64,000 nucleotides of DNA, from positions 5,270,001-5,334,000 of the forward strand of contig CM022670.1 in assembly GCA_012295275.1 (NCBI GenBank), read 5' to 3'. A program made the position numbers and the translations under genes. The stretch is from Chrysomallon squamiferum (lineage: Eukaryota; Animalia; Mollusca). Below are positions 13,581 through 30,356 of the stretch, one piece after another; within the stretch, counting starts at the first letter, position 1, and each line of letters begins with the position of its first letter. The notes under the pieces were generated by a model. The model was not told the origin of the DNA, made no database searches, and was given only the letters and a program-made list of their open reading frames with translations.

Positions 13581-13686
13581 GGCCATGTCAGAGAGAAGAT
13601 TTGCAATGGGAGAGGTGAGAGTCAGTGTAGACACAGATGTCAGTCAGTCACAGACTGAACTCAGCTGGTCAACTATAGAAGACTGA
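3858..13686 (+). CDS. SAM-domain TKL-group (MLK/RIPK/Raf-like) Ser/Thr kinase with WASP-like C-terminus, ~1560 aa, 15 coding exons
   Basis: Phase-consistent GT-AG exons: 3858-3907, 4114-4251, 4661-6495, 6828-6970, 7424-7553, 7889-8040, 8559(or 8565)-8926, 9057-9148, 9282-9403, 9915-10051, 10407-10580, 10929-11118, 11575-11694, 12168-13094, 13582-13686(TGA). Kinase motifs: IGEGAFSQV, VAVKRL, FAAEVSLL (alphaC Glu), HPRIVMLIG, HLDLKSMN, KIADFG, GSPAWMAPE, DVYSFGIILWE, CWDSLPMRRP. An in-frame TAG at 3843 lies upstream of ATG 3858. Confidence 0.9.
5754..5940 (+). other. SAM (sterile alpha motif) domain within kinase exon 3
   Basis: DVDLWLRNIGLRNCDKYIEIFARHEIEMDGLKYLTAEMLNQMGIKAVGPVNKILMAI fits the SAM pattern V..WL..IGL...Y...F....I....L..LT...L..MGI..vG...KIL.AI. 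Confidence 0.88.
12186..13686 (+). other. WASP-like module in last two kinase exons: GBD helical switch, poly-Pro, two WH2-like motifs, C helix, Trp-containing tail
   Basis: FPPDWRALFQQAGVPDEALENLQSTRNIISLV (~12198-12293); 12 Pro (12714-12749); GQMLKEKSAGLKKC; SELQKQRSKLKST; SIAEILKH|AMSERRFAM; ...TELSWSTIED*. Confidence 0.68.
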
Positions 13687-16297
13687 CAGTAACCTGGCAG
13701 GATAAAAAAAGAGTTAATTTTGTCATCTTTAAACAAATATATATTTTTTAATTTTATTTATTTATTTATTTTTTAGCATACAAAACAACAGTTATCTTTT
13801 CCTAATAAAAAATAAAATAAAAAATACATACATATTTAAAATTAGTAGATTGTCTACAATATCAAACACATTTTTAAAAATAAAAAAAGACCTCAAATTT
13901 TTGTTGGAATAAATTTGTGTAATTGCATCACTTTTAAAAAAATAGAATTATTAGTGTTTTAGTTTTATTTTTTATTTATAATCGGTATCTCAAATGCAAT
14001 GACCATTGTAAAATGATTTTTTAAAAAGTGGAAAAAATTATTAACAACAATGTCCAGCAAATTTATTAGTAGCTGTAAAGTTTTAGTGCTTCAGAGATTC
14101 TCTGATTTGTTGTGTTGATTTTAGATTAAATTGCAGTCAGTTTGACAATCATATTTATTGTTGTATCACTGCATTTAAATTTGTTTTTTTCAAAACAGAA
14201 ACAGTTCTAATAATGTGTAATGCATAGTAGGATGTTTTCCTTACTAATGCCCGTTTCTATTTTTAATATGTGTTTATGTGTTTGTGAGAGAGAGACATAT
14301 ATGTTTTTCTTTTTCTTTAGTTTCTTGAATGACATATGAAGCAGTTGTCTAGTGTTTTAAGTTGTGCTATGTTGTTATTTATTTTTTCTATTTCATATAC
14401 ATTTTAATTTTGAATTGTTATTGTTCCATCCATTTATACCCATTAATAGTTGTTTATATTTGCTGTCTCATATGTTCATATTTTGTAGTGCCATGTAATT
14501 ATACATATTTTTTATTTATTTGTTTCATAATGGTGTTGTGTTCAGAGATTTTACAGAAACAGTGTTTATCACTTAGCAGATATTTATGCACAAATGCATA
14601 TTCATTCTAAATAATTGTAAATAATTATTTTGTGTCCAGTTGTAAATGTAAAAAATGATTGAAGTTTGTCCAGCAAAATATATAATAAACTGAGAGTTAG
14701 TCCATACTCAGTACTAATTTAATTCATAATTTCACAATATCTGAATGATTTATTTATTACAAATATTTTCATTAAAAGGTGAGAAAACTGTATAAAAAAT
14801 TTTGAATACTTAATTAAAAATAAATAAGTACTGCTTGTTTTTAAAATGAAAGTTAATATTTGGGTTATATTCTTAATTTTAGTGGATATTCTTTAATGTT
14901 TATCTGATTAATAAAATGTTTGAATGTTATTCTCAGTTAAATGTAATATTAAGAAAGATATTCAGTTTGGAATCCCTTGAAAGGGAAAATGTACTTTGTA
15001 CATCTACATAAAATTTAGCCATATCATAGTGGATAAAAAAAATATATATATTATAAACTGAGAAATTATTTTAACAGATCATACAGTATGATAAACTGAT
15101 TCAAACTGTTTAGAAAAGTATTGGCTTGTAGCACATCATCACTGAGTCAGTGAGAAAATGGATCAGACCCACCACAGCTCAGAAAAAATGTTTCTTACAT
15201 TTTACCATATGAATCAAAATGAAATTTATTCTACTTTCATAATCTTTTCACCATGTAATTATCAGTAAAAGGTTGACTGTCCTGACTTTACATTGTTACA
15301 ATAATTTTATATAATCTGACACAATGAACGAATGAAATTTTGGAAATGTAAATTTTTCACATATTGCACGTTCGGTCAAAGCTTGCTGTGATAATAATAA
15401 CAAATGAAATATCTGTTACTTCACATTCCAGTTCAAAATCTTGTTCAAGGCAAACATCTTAATATTTGTAATAAAACATTTTAAATGAAATAGTCTGTTT
15501 TCATTTATAATATCTGTTCTTTATCTATTCACTGCCATGCAACCAAGACATTAAACATTCAGAGAAAGTGGTATATTCTGTACGTTGTCTCAGTTACCTC
15601 TTCTTTTATACAGCAGTTTGCAAATAGTAAAAAAAATAAGAGAATTAATCAGGCTGATTTTATTTATTTCCTTTCCTCATTTGATTGATTCACAGGAAAG
15701 TACTAATTAGTACTAATAGTAATATCCTGGTTCATCAATACATTTGTTTAATATTGTAATTATTTCAAAAATATGAACTGGTGGAACTAACAATATTTTT
15801 ATAGCAAACAGTTTGTTTTGATTTGTTAGATTTTTTTTAACACAAATAAAAGAGATTAATAAAATTCATCTCAATATTAAAACATTTTTAATGCACAGAT
15901 CTTGTTTTTTCGACACTCAAACATTACATAAACTTTGTAAGTATAAATACTTCTTGTTTGTGTTAGTATGATACTTCAGTTTCAAGTTATGACATTTGTT
16001 TAAGCATACATTAATTTTCTGTCACTGACTATTCAGATTTCAATCATCTAATATTTGCTACATGTTCCCACTGTTACAAAAAGAACTTCAGTATGCACAA
16101 ATCAGTAGTTACCAGATCCTTAAACTGAGCACTGGTTGAAACTCAAGGGTTGACAAATAATCTACATAAAAATACAACTGGGAATAGTTTCAAATTAGAG
16201 CCTAATTAACTTATTCTGCATAAGTAAGATGTTAAACAGTGGAAGACTGAATGTAGAAGCACAAAACAGAACAGAATCAAGTGTAAAATTCAAGTTG

Positions 16298-19659
<3,362 letters not shown>

Positions 19660-19778
19660 AGTTTTTGTTTTACCTAGAAATAAAATAGGTACTGATTTTA
19701 AACTTATTTATTCGTTACGTCTTTTGTTGAAAAAGCTCACGTCTGAAAAAAAATAAAGTAAATTAATAAATTATTTTT

Positions 19779-19827
<49 letters not shown>

Positions 19828-20199
19828 CAATATATTAAGTGACATATACAATATATTAAAAGTCAGTCACATAAAATACAGATGAATGCATACATATAGT
19901 ATACATAATATAATAATATATATATAATGTAAGAGTGAGAAACTTGTTTCGTCTTAATAAGCTCACATATTTTTAATTATGTATACAGATTCTAAATAAT
20001 TGATATCCAAGAATAAGAAAATCTATCTGAATCTGAGTTAGAACTTTGATTTAGAAGGGGAGAAAAAATATTTAATTTTCAATAATAAAAAATAGGAAAA
20101 TGTAAAAACCATAATAATTACGATCTTGACTGATGTAATTATTTGCAATTACATTATTGGGATTCCTTTATATATTATCAAAGAAATTAATATTATTAT

Positions 20200-20494
20200 A
20201 AAAATAGCCAAATGGGCGCAGCCATTTTATATTATACTTGCTTTAAATTCCATTACAAGTAAGTGAAGAGCACCACTGCACGTTGGAGATTATAATACCT
20301 GAACACGTACAATAGTCTTTACAAAAAATATATTAATGGTAAAAACATTACTAATAAAATTAATTTTAGAACATTAATCAATGTTATGTTGTTGTTGTTG
20401 TCATTGTATTATCATCATCATCTTCATCATCCTTAACATCGTATTTAAATTCCTAATGACAGCAATAAACAAATGAATACAAAAATCTCTACCA

Positions 20495-20554
<60 letters not shown>

Positions 20555-20814
20555 ACATGCATTTGCTTTTGTCATAAACAAAACCGATAAAAGAAAAATA
20601 ATGTTTATCGTCACATAACGAGTACAGTTACATTCACCACTATCCAAAGTATATTAGTTATCCACCTTGTGTAAACTTATTATCTATGATACATTACATC
20701 ACATGACTTGTCAGTTGTTTATCGTTATCGCTTCAGTTTCATGTACGACCAGTTGGCTTTTAAATTAAATTGTGTTGAACGGTTTTTTCAAACAACATTA
20801 ATATATCTGTGGCA
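20200..20814. promoter_or_regulatory. Divergent (head-to-head) promoter region between GTPBP8 and the sphingomyelinase gene
   Basis: Start codons 19659(-) and 20815(+) are ~1.15 kb apart. YY1-like AAAATGGCTGCGC on the minus strand (20216-20228); CpG-containing; (AG)n tract in the middle. Confidence 0.6.
20497..20550. repeat. (AG)n microsatellite
   Basis: Direct reading. Confidence 0.95.
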
Positions 20815-20969
20815 ATGAATTATTTAGTTTTTCTAATATACTGCTGCACTGTGGCGTGTGGAATCACGACCAAAGAGTGGACTCGTTCTAGCGAATTGTC
20901 GCAGTTTTCTGAGCAATCCTATATCTTATGTCCATACTGCAAGGTGAGAATAATATCAAAATAACCAAA

Positions 20970-21003
<34 letters not shown>

Positions 21004-21734
21004 ATTATTATTATTATTGTCCGAAGTATATTAATTAATACAATTACCTTATTTTTTATTCAAATGCTAATAAATGATACTGTTTGATAAAAAGTAATAA
21101 GTATGTTAATGCTCATTAAAGTCATTAAAGTCAGTATTCTTGTTAGAGTTTAATTCCATAATTTTTTAGCACAGTTCAGTTTTATGACGTTACTTGACAT
21201 AATATAATTACAGGTTATTGACAGACAGGTGCAGACAGACAGACAAACAGATATAAATTAATGAAGATGTATAATACATATGTATACTCATTACTAAATA
21301 GTCATATCGGATTGTTTACATGACTAACATAAAAATGACTTGAACCAGAATCTTAAATTTGAGAGTCGTCACTCCAGCAACATAAATATATCTTTGTCTT
21401 ATCTTATGTATCTTTAGCCACGACTATTATTATATATTTTATTTTATTTCATTTCATTTTATGAGTTTAAATTATGACTTCTGTTTTTCCAATAGGAACT
21501 TGTCCAGATAGTGAACAAGAACATTGGCTCGAATAAAACTTTCAATGATTTCAAAAACGAAGCGATTCGCGTGTGTTACACAGTTCTGGATTATAAAAAC
21601 ATCAAAGGGCACGTTGTTTGTCCTGGCATTATCGACTCATTTGGACCTCACGTAAGTACTCAGTTAGTGCCGATCGTTTTGCAATGATCTGTTGTTTTTA
21701 TTTATGGAATGGAATATGATAGCAATGTTCTACA

Positions 21735-21813
<79 letters not shown>

Positions 21814-22498
21814 TCCGACTATCTCTCTGTATGTATAAATATATACCTGTCTATCTCTGTTCGGCTCTTTTAGTCTCTCTTTTTATCTATATATCTATTT
21901 ATCTACCCCATTGTCATTTTTCTCTTTCATTATTTTTTTTTTTTAAATTTATTTGTTTTTTACGTTTACTTTTACCAAAATTCTCGCTCGATCTTCATTC
22001 GAAGTAAATCTTCTATATTTCCACTCCTTTCATATTTCAAATGTAATAAAATATCATTTAATCACATATCTTAGGATTTTTCTTGCCAAAATTTCAAATT
22101 TGTTATTTCGAATGAACAAATTACCCATGATTTCATTAAATGTTTTATAATCAAAATATTTTCTTCCAGGTGTTATACATTGCTACTCAGCTAGTGCTGG
22201 ATCCTGAAAAGATCTGCCAAGATTTAAACTTCTGTCCACAAGATCTGAAAGACCTTCCTCCGAAACGCACCTTCTTAAGTCTTCCTTACAATAATACAGC
22301 GAACAAAAAGACGCCAAACATGACAACACGTAAAGGATCTCACAGAAAACAAAATGGCGGATCTACGTTCAGCGTTTTACAAATTACAGACGTGCACATT
22401 GATCCTCATTATACTGTTGTTAGTGTTAGGAAAAGTCATTAAAAAATAACTTTATTTTTAAACAGATATCTATAATTACACACTCACACACACAAACA

Positions 22499-22529
<31 letters not shown>

Positions 22530-23904
22530 TATTATTATTATTTAAAAAATACACAACTGTATATTGCATTTTAATATCTTAAACTGATACATTAAGACCT
22601 ATATTTGTTTGCACACGTACACAAAGATACAAAATAATAAGCACATTGTTATATATTTTGATAAAATTACAAAATGAAATTAAATAAATAATTATAAATT
22701 ATTATCGTTCTAAGCATGCATTAATGCTTAAGACTGGAAGTTAACATTGTTTTAATTTATTTCTGCTTAGGGAACGCCAACTAAATGTAATATTTTCATT
22801 TGCTGTTATCCGGAGTTCAATGGTACGGTATGTACTTTATTTGTATTTCAAAAATATTATATACTCACGTTTTATTTTCTTTTTCCAATTTACACACACA
22901 CACATACACACACATATACACACTACACACATGCACACGTTGTCTGGATATATAATTAAGTTATAATAAATAGTCTTCATTTCCAGGGATCCGCAGGGCA
23001 GTTTGGCGACTATAACTGCGACCTTCCAAAAAAGACGTTTGATATAATTCTGGATGCCGCCAATGACATCCGACCGAAACCTGCATTCATCCTTTTCACA
23101 GGTAAACCCGACAAAAATGAAGAACAATGCTGATAATTCTGTTGATGGTAAACAGAGCAATGACGACATTAATGCCTGTAACGAGATTTTCTTTCATAAA
23201 AATCAAGAAAATTATAAAATATGTTATTATTCTCTTTCTTTCTTCTCTCCTCCCCTATCCAAAGGTGATTCGCCACCACACGATATATGGCAGCAATCCT
23301 GGGCCAGTCAGCTGGATCGAACCCACGACACTCTGATTCGGATTAGAGAAAAACTGCCACATTTTAATATATATCCTGCTGTTGGTAATCACGGTACATA
23401 TTTGTTAATTATTTACTTACAGTGATTTTGATTTTTATGTATCTTAAACTTTAATAACTTTTTTTTAACAGTGAAATATTAAAAATTACAAATAGAATTT
23501 TTCTGAATAAAGAAGTAAATAGACAAAATAAATAAACTTTATTTTTATTGTGCTGTTGTTATGATTGTTATTATTATTATTATTATTTTAATTATATATT
23601 TAAATGTTATTTCTTCTCTTTTATTACCATTTTCTCATTACTTTTTTGTTATTGATTTTCGTTTATTGATTTTTTTTTTTTTTTTTTTTTTCAGATAGTT
23701 TTCCAGAAAGTCTGTATTATCGACCAAATGACTTGGTAAAATTTTAATATTTTGTGGGGGTTATTTTAGAAATAATTTTATAAAAAAATACAGTAATTTT
23801 AATTTTTATTTTTATTTAAATCTATCAAAAAAAAAATAGCAGAAGAAATCAAAACAAAACAAATCAAGACAAACACAAGCAATATTAATTAATTGAGTAA
23901 ACTT

Positions 23905-23943
<39 letters not shown>

Positions 23944-25899
23944 TTATTTAATGTTTTTGTTCTGTTTTGCTATCCATTCAGACTTCATGGACTAATATTT
24001 ATGCAGACATACAGGTAAATATAGAGACAGATAAACTGTCTCATTCTGTTCGTTATCAAATCATTTCATTTTTCTGTAGGAATTAAATTACAAGACAGCT
24101 CAGTGGTGGAAAACCTTATTTCCTATCCCATCCGAACAGCTTGAAAACATCGCATATTCCCTGTACTATACAGTGTTAGTTAAACCTGGACTGAGAATTC
24201 TAAGTTTCAACAGTGATTACGGGTAAGACACTAACTAATAATGCGTTTCGTCGGCAGTCACAGGTTATATCCAGTATAGCCCTGCTAGATTAATTTCCTG
24301 ATAAAAATATGTTAAAAAGAGTCACGTCTTCTATGTTAACGGAATTCACTTTATTTGGTTAGGAATTTATATTTACATTTGCCATTAAATAATATAAAAG
24401 AACGTTAAAGGTGATAATAGGCACAGGATCAGTCATCAATTTGTCCATTACGCTATTTCCGGTTCCTGTGCACATCTTTATATTTGCTTCATTCTCTATG
24501 GAAATAAACATACATATAAAAGATACGCTGATATTAATTAGCATGAAGAGTTATAGTTAAATGGCGTCAGAGGGTTTTCGTTCTCAAAGACAAAAAATTA
24601 TTAGACAACTAAAATATCGTTAATATAAAAATATATTAAGTTGCTGTTAAGAAAAAAATATTATATAAATAATACATAAATAACATTCCCCCAAAATTTG
24701 GTAAATTTAGATTTTTATTTCCTGCCAATCTGTTTCAGATACACAATGAACTTCTATGGACTCTTAAATGAGAAAAACCCTGCTTACTTCGAGCAAATTC
24801 ATTTCATGGAGAAAACTTTGCATTTTGCTAGAGAAAGCAATGAAAAGGTTAGAAAATAGTTATCTTGACAAAACAGACGAAAATACTTTGATATAACTAA
24901 CAAACATTTTAATAAGTGGTTAAAAGTCTTGAAGAAGTTTAACTTTTTTTTAGTGGATGTGTCTTGTGTAACGGACTGCAGGTTCAGTCCTCTTCGGTCC
25001 ACCTTTTGTAAAATTTCCCGTACTATGATGGTGCCACGACTGACAATTAGATTAAAACTATCAGTATTGTTATATCTGGGGTAGAAAAAAATACGCCATT
25101 ATTGTTTCACAAAAAGTGGGGAAAAACAACGACAATATTAAAATAAATAAATAAATAAATACTATAAAATATTAGTTTGATGAAAAGAGGAGGAGCTACT
25201 TTTAATTCGCGTGTAATATATAATAATTAAATTATTATTGATTACCATCAGGTTATACTTATTGGTCACGTGCCACCAGGTGACGTTGGTAGAGCAATCC
25301 TGAGCTACGGTGATTTCTTTACTGAACTTGTTAACGCCTACTCTGACGTCATAGTTCTGACAACGTTTGGACACACTCATTTCGATCATTTTGAATTGGT
25401 AAGTATTCTAGTCGTGCTTTTTTTTTGACATCCATTAAGTACTGGAAGCAGAATATTGTATTTGTCTGACAGGCAGGTTAAAGGTGTCGCCAGATGCATG
25501 TACGTGTGTCAGTGTATTTGAACATCGAATAGATCGATTATCGTCACGTGCATCTATCGACAGTTGCTCTTTTGCACGTGCCTTTATTAGTAGTCGCAGC
25601 ATCAGCAGCAGTAATCGTAGGAGCAGTAAATGACATTGTTGTTTGTTTATTACTAGAATATACTAAAACAAAATTAAGGTGTTACAAGCTGTTAAATTTC
25701 ACTTCAGGTGATGAATTCAAAAAATAACGAGGACGCTGTGGGCGTGGTTTTGATCGCGCCGTCTGTGACTACTGAAGGAAAGATAAATCCATCTTTTCGT
25801 GTGTATCATTTTGACTCGGATACATTCGAACTCGTAGATTACGACCAGTATTTCCTTAACATCACAGAAGCAAATCGTAGGTGTTTCTGTTTCTCTGTG

Positions 25900-25985
<86 letters not shown>

Positions 25986-26743
25986 ATATATCCTTTTATT
26001 CTCACATAAAATATTATTTACACATTCGTTTTATGCAGACTGTATGTATGATTTTGGTGTTATTACGTTTATATTACAGAACTGGGAAAGGCGACTGTTA
26101 AGAAATTATATTCGGCGAAATCTGAATACAACATGGTAGATCTGAGTCCAAAATCATATCTAGATTTATCTAACAGGTATTTTTATTATATATGAATGTA
26201 TCAATATTACTGTGTGCAGAGAGGTACCATTTGTTTGTCTGGGTATGTAAATAATCAGTATAAAAAAAACACCAATATGAATTTAAAAAAAATGTCTGTT
26301 GTATTTAAGGTTGCATTTAATACGATATTATATTAACAATTTGTGTTTAATATGTAAAATTATTGTCTGTTCACAATAGAAAATAAATGATTTAATGCTG
26401 GAAACTTTTTAGCAGTAGCATATTACTTCTACTACTACTACTACTACTACTACTACTATTTTTTTAGATAATGATTATTTTGCTTTTGAACATGGGCAGT
26501 GAGAACAAAATATTTAAAAATTTCAGTTTGTACAATTATCATCAATAACCAAATATAACAGTTGCTGAGGCATTCTATTTCAGATTCAAGACAAACGCAA
26601 CCGTATTTAATCAGTACTTTAACAACTATCGAGCTCGCAACGGCCTGAATATGTCATGCAATTACTCGTGCAAGCTTTCCATGATCTGTAAATCCCGTTC
26701 TACCTCACTGAGGGATTATTTGCTGTGCATGGACAAAAACTGA
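20815..26743 (+). CDS. SMPD1: Acid sphingomyelinase-like (signal peptide + saposin + calcineurin-like metallophosphoesterase), ~577 aa, 14 exons
   Basis: Exons: 20815-20943, 21496-21651, 22170-22418, 22771-22827, 22987-23101, 23265-23393, 23695-23735, 23982-24014, 24080-24222, 24739-24847, 25252-25398, 25708-25876, 26080-26176, 26584-26743. Six saposin Cys (CPYC..C..C..ICQDLNFC). Metal-ligand motifs intact: TDVHID, TGDSPPH, VGNHD, IGHVPPG, FGHTH; also FGDYNCD and APSVT..INPSFRVY. The symbol denotes the family; one-to-one orthology is unverified. Confidence 0.92.
21738..21808. repeat. (CT)n microsatellite, sphingomyelinase intron 2
   Basis: Direct reading. Confidence 0.95.
25905..25983. repeat. 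(CT)n microsatellite, sphingomyelinase intron
   Basis: Direct reading. Confidence 0.95.
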
Positions 26744-26872
26744 GTTTGTTTCTTTCAGTGGAGGTCAGATTGTTTGTGTTTTGGGTTTTATTATCATGTG
26801 TATTAATCAGACCATGTAAACAACTGAAATATTATATGGATTCTGTTGATATCTTGGCTTCTGTAAATTAGA

Positions 26873-26939
<67 letters not shown>

Positions 26940-27049
26940 CGAAGATGATGATCACAACAATAAATAAATAAATGATACATTGTTAATATTCAACAAAGAT
27001 AATTTTTTTTGTCCTTGTTTCTTTCTTTTTAAGATTAAGAAAAAAAAAA

Positions 27050-27088
<39 letters not shown>

Positions 27089-27594
27089 TCCTTTTTCCAA
27101 ATGTACATTAACAAAATACTGTCTTTTTCATAAGCAATAAAAAAAAATAATAATAAAAAAAAAAAAAAAATTAACAAACAAAGGAGCACATTTAGTTTCA
27201 ATTATTTATTACAAATAATATAAAAGTGATCACAGCTGTGCTAGGTTTAAACATACAACATTAATAAGAGCACTTTATTTTTATAAATGAATTATTTTTT
27301 CAATGCAATACAATCACAAGAATATAAAACACAATAACGTTTATATACGTATGTTTTATTTATCAGTTTCACTGACAATGTTTCAAATTTGATGCAAATT
27401 ACAACTGAAGACATCAAATATATTTATTGAAAAAAAAAAAAAGACCTATTAACTAATACATTATGATAAAATTTCTTTATTAATAAAACATGTAAATTCA
27501 CCGATGTTTAATTTTTAAATTTTGAATGTGTGTTTTGGAGTGGAAGTCTCTTCATTTTATTACTGTTGAAATTTGCTAAATCCATTAACTTAGA

Positions 27595-27613
27595 AATAAT
27601 AATAATAATAATA

Positions 27614-27681
<68 letters not shown>
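27595..27681. repeat. (AAT)n microsatellite
   Basis: Direct reading. Confidence 0.95.
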
Positions 27682-27683
<2 letters not shown>

Positions 27684-29312
27684 TGTAACAACATCTGACT
27701 ATATGTATTAACCAAAAATTATTATTTTAGATAAAAAGAAAAAATTTCATTATTTCAGTGGCAGTTCTCTCATTCAGTATTTCACAAAAAAACATCAGTG
27801 AATGTAATTAAAATTTTAAATCTATCAACCATTATATAAAATTATATAATTTTAAAAATAATTTTTAGGAGAAAGTTTTGGACTGATAGCATTGTAATAT
27901 TTGGTATACATCTGAGATGTACCTGAAAAGAAAATTTGAAAATCAGTGAACTTAAAAGACTGACATTCAGTTAATTAATATTATTGCTTAGTTAGTAATA
28001 ATGTTATTTAGAGATTAATTGAAGCAATGATTAGATTTTGCAAAGCTCTTTGAAATATTCTGTTTAAACAAAACATTGTATGAGAGAAATTCAGTTTATA
28101 CTGTGTTTGCAAACATTAATAAATATCCAAATATCTTAATGGCACCAAAACTAATCCGTGAGATTAGTTCTATGCAGTTCTTCGAAACTGAATGTTTAAT
28201 TACAGTTTCATTTTACACTGCTTTTACAAAATCTCAAACCACATATTGTAAAATAGCACTAGGAATGAAACCCCCCTCCAAAAAAGAAAATTTTATATAG
28301 ATTTTGTAAAGCTCTGAAAACTTTCTCTTTTAATAGAAACTGAAACAGATTAATTCCATCTGGCTTTTGCATAATTCAAAACAAATTCAAAAGACAAAAC
28401 AATATCAGAGGCTAATTCAAAATAGTTTTTATGAAAAACATATTAAATATTAAAAATACCTTTTGCTAAACTCACTTGAAATATTTGTTTTAATATTTAC
28501 TGGAAGTAAAATCAGAAATTAATTCCAGACTGATTTTGCAAAGCTTAGTGCAAATGTTATTTGAAAATCACATGAAATACATACATCTCGTTCACTTTGC
28601 ATGACCACTCATTCATATATCATTGCATAGTTTTACACAAAACATTAGTGCTTTTCAATAACTTACTACTAGTGATAAAAACAACCCCACAAGATTATGT
28701 TATAACCAAAACTGTTACACAGTCTTAACAAATAAACATCATGACAAATGTTTAAAACAAGAAAATTTATATGCTGGTTTAAACAAAATAAAAAATATAT
28801 GAAAGAAGTAAAATTGTTAATAGTTTTAATTAATTAATCGTTAAAACAAAGATATCAGTATAATTATACAACATTCTGATTTCTTTTTTGTCCTTTGTGC
28901 TCCTTAAAAACTATTTTCATAGATCCTGGAATATATTATTATTAGATAAAACAACATTTAAAATAGAAAAATAATTTTACAGACAGTGTAATACAACACT
29001 ATACTTTAACAACTGACAGTATTGTTTACATAACAAGTAACATCATTATCAATAACGAATGAGAAAGAAAACATATATAATTCACATTCAATAAATTTTA
29101 GATTATTTTAATTATTTTAATGCAGAAAAATCTAAAGTAAAGTGAAATTACTTTCCAGTTCACCTTCAGTTGATTTTTAATCAGTAAAAAATGTTAACAT
29201 CTACTCTTAATACTCTTCATTTTATTTTCATTTTATTTATATAACCATGTGAATGTTATACAAAAAACCTGTAATTTGCTTTTGAAGTTTGAGTACTTTT
29301 TTTTTCAGTCTA

Positions 29313-29376
<64 letters not shown>

Positions 29377-30356
29377 GTAACAAGAATAATCATTTTTAAA
29401 AGATAGACCAAAATGATAAGAAAGTTATAATAATTCAGAGCTTAAAGCTGCAATTTAAATTTTCATTTAAAGTGGATCTGTGATGGTTAACTAACTTGTT
29501 TAAAGCACATAAACTTTAAAAATGTAACCACTGGGTTCACATTGTGTTTCAAATGGAAAGACACTGAACCTTAATATCCTTTTAACCTTCTGATTACCTT
29601 CTATAAACATTTTAATAACCCCTGTACAGCTACAGTTCACCGAGTTATAACAATCATATATCCAATACTATGTCTTGGTATCATCTACTTCTATATATTT
29701 TCATTGTCAGATGACCATACCCATCTACATAAAGAGATTAAAGTAACTGATTATACAAAATGGATAACTTATTTTCACATTTATTTTCAGATATAATGTC
29801 AGAAATATATATAAATAAAAAAAAAAAAAAAAAAAAAAAGGTTTTTACTTTTTTTCATATTTATATTTAATTCATAGCTAAGGTTTATTCCTAGCTATAG
29901 TTAATTCAGATTTACAAAATTAATAGAAAGAAATAAAATTTACATTTAAAGTTTTAAATCCATCAACTTTGTTCATTCTAGAAGTATTCACAATATTGCA
30001 TAAACTTCTCAGGAGAGGTAACACAACAAATAACGTTTTATAATACCTAATACAGAACAATAATAATAATAATATTAATAATAATAATAAAAGTAATAAT
30101 AACAAATGAATAATACTCAATGATTTCTCAATGTGAACATGTGACATTTCCATGGGTATCAATTAATTGTGTTAATAAACTATAAAACAATGTAATTAAG
30201 TACATTAGTATATGTTGGTATGCCATTTAAACATCATAATATTCATCTGATTAAATGTCAGATATTAGTGTCCGTTATTCAAAATGCTAATTGATCTTAG
30301 ATGTTATCTAACTACAACCTTAAAACAATGCAGAAAATGTCTTAACTTGTGTCATG

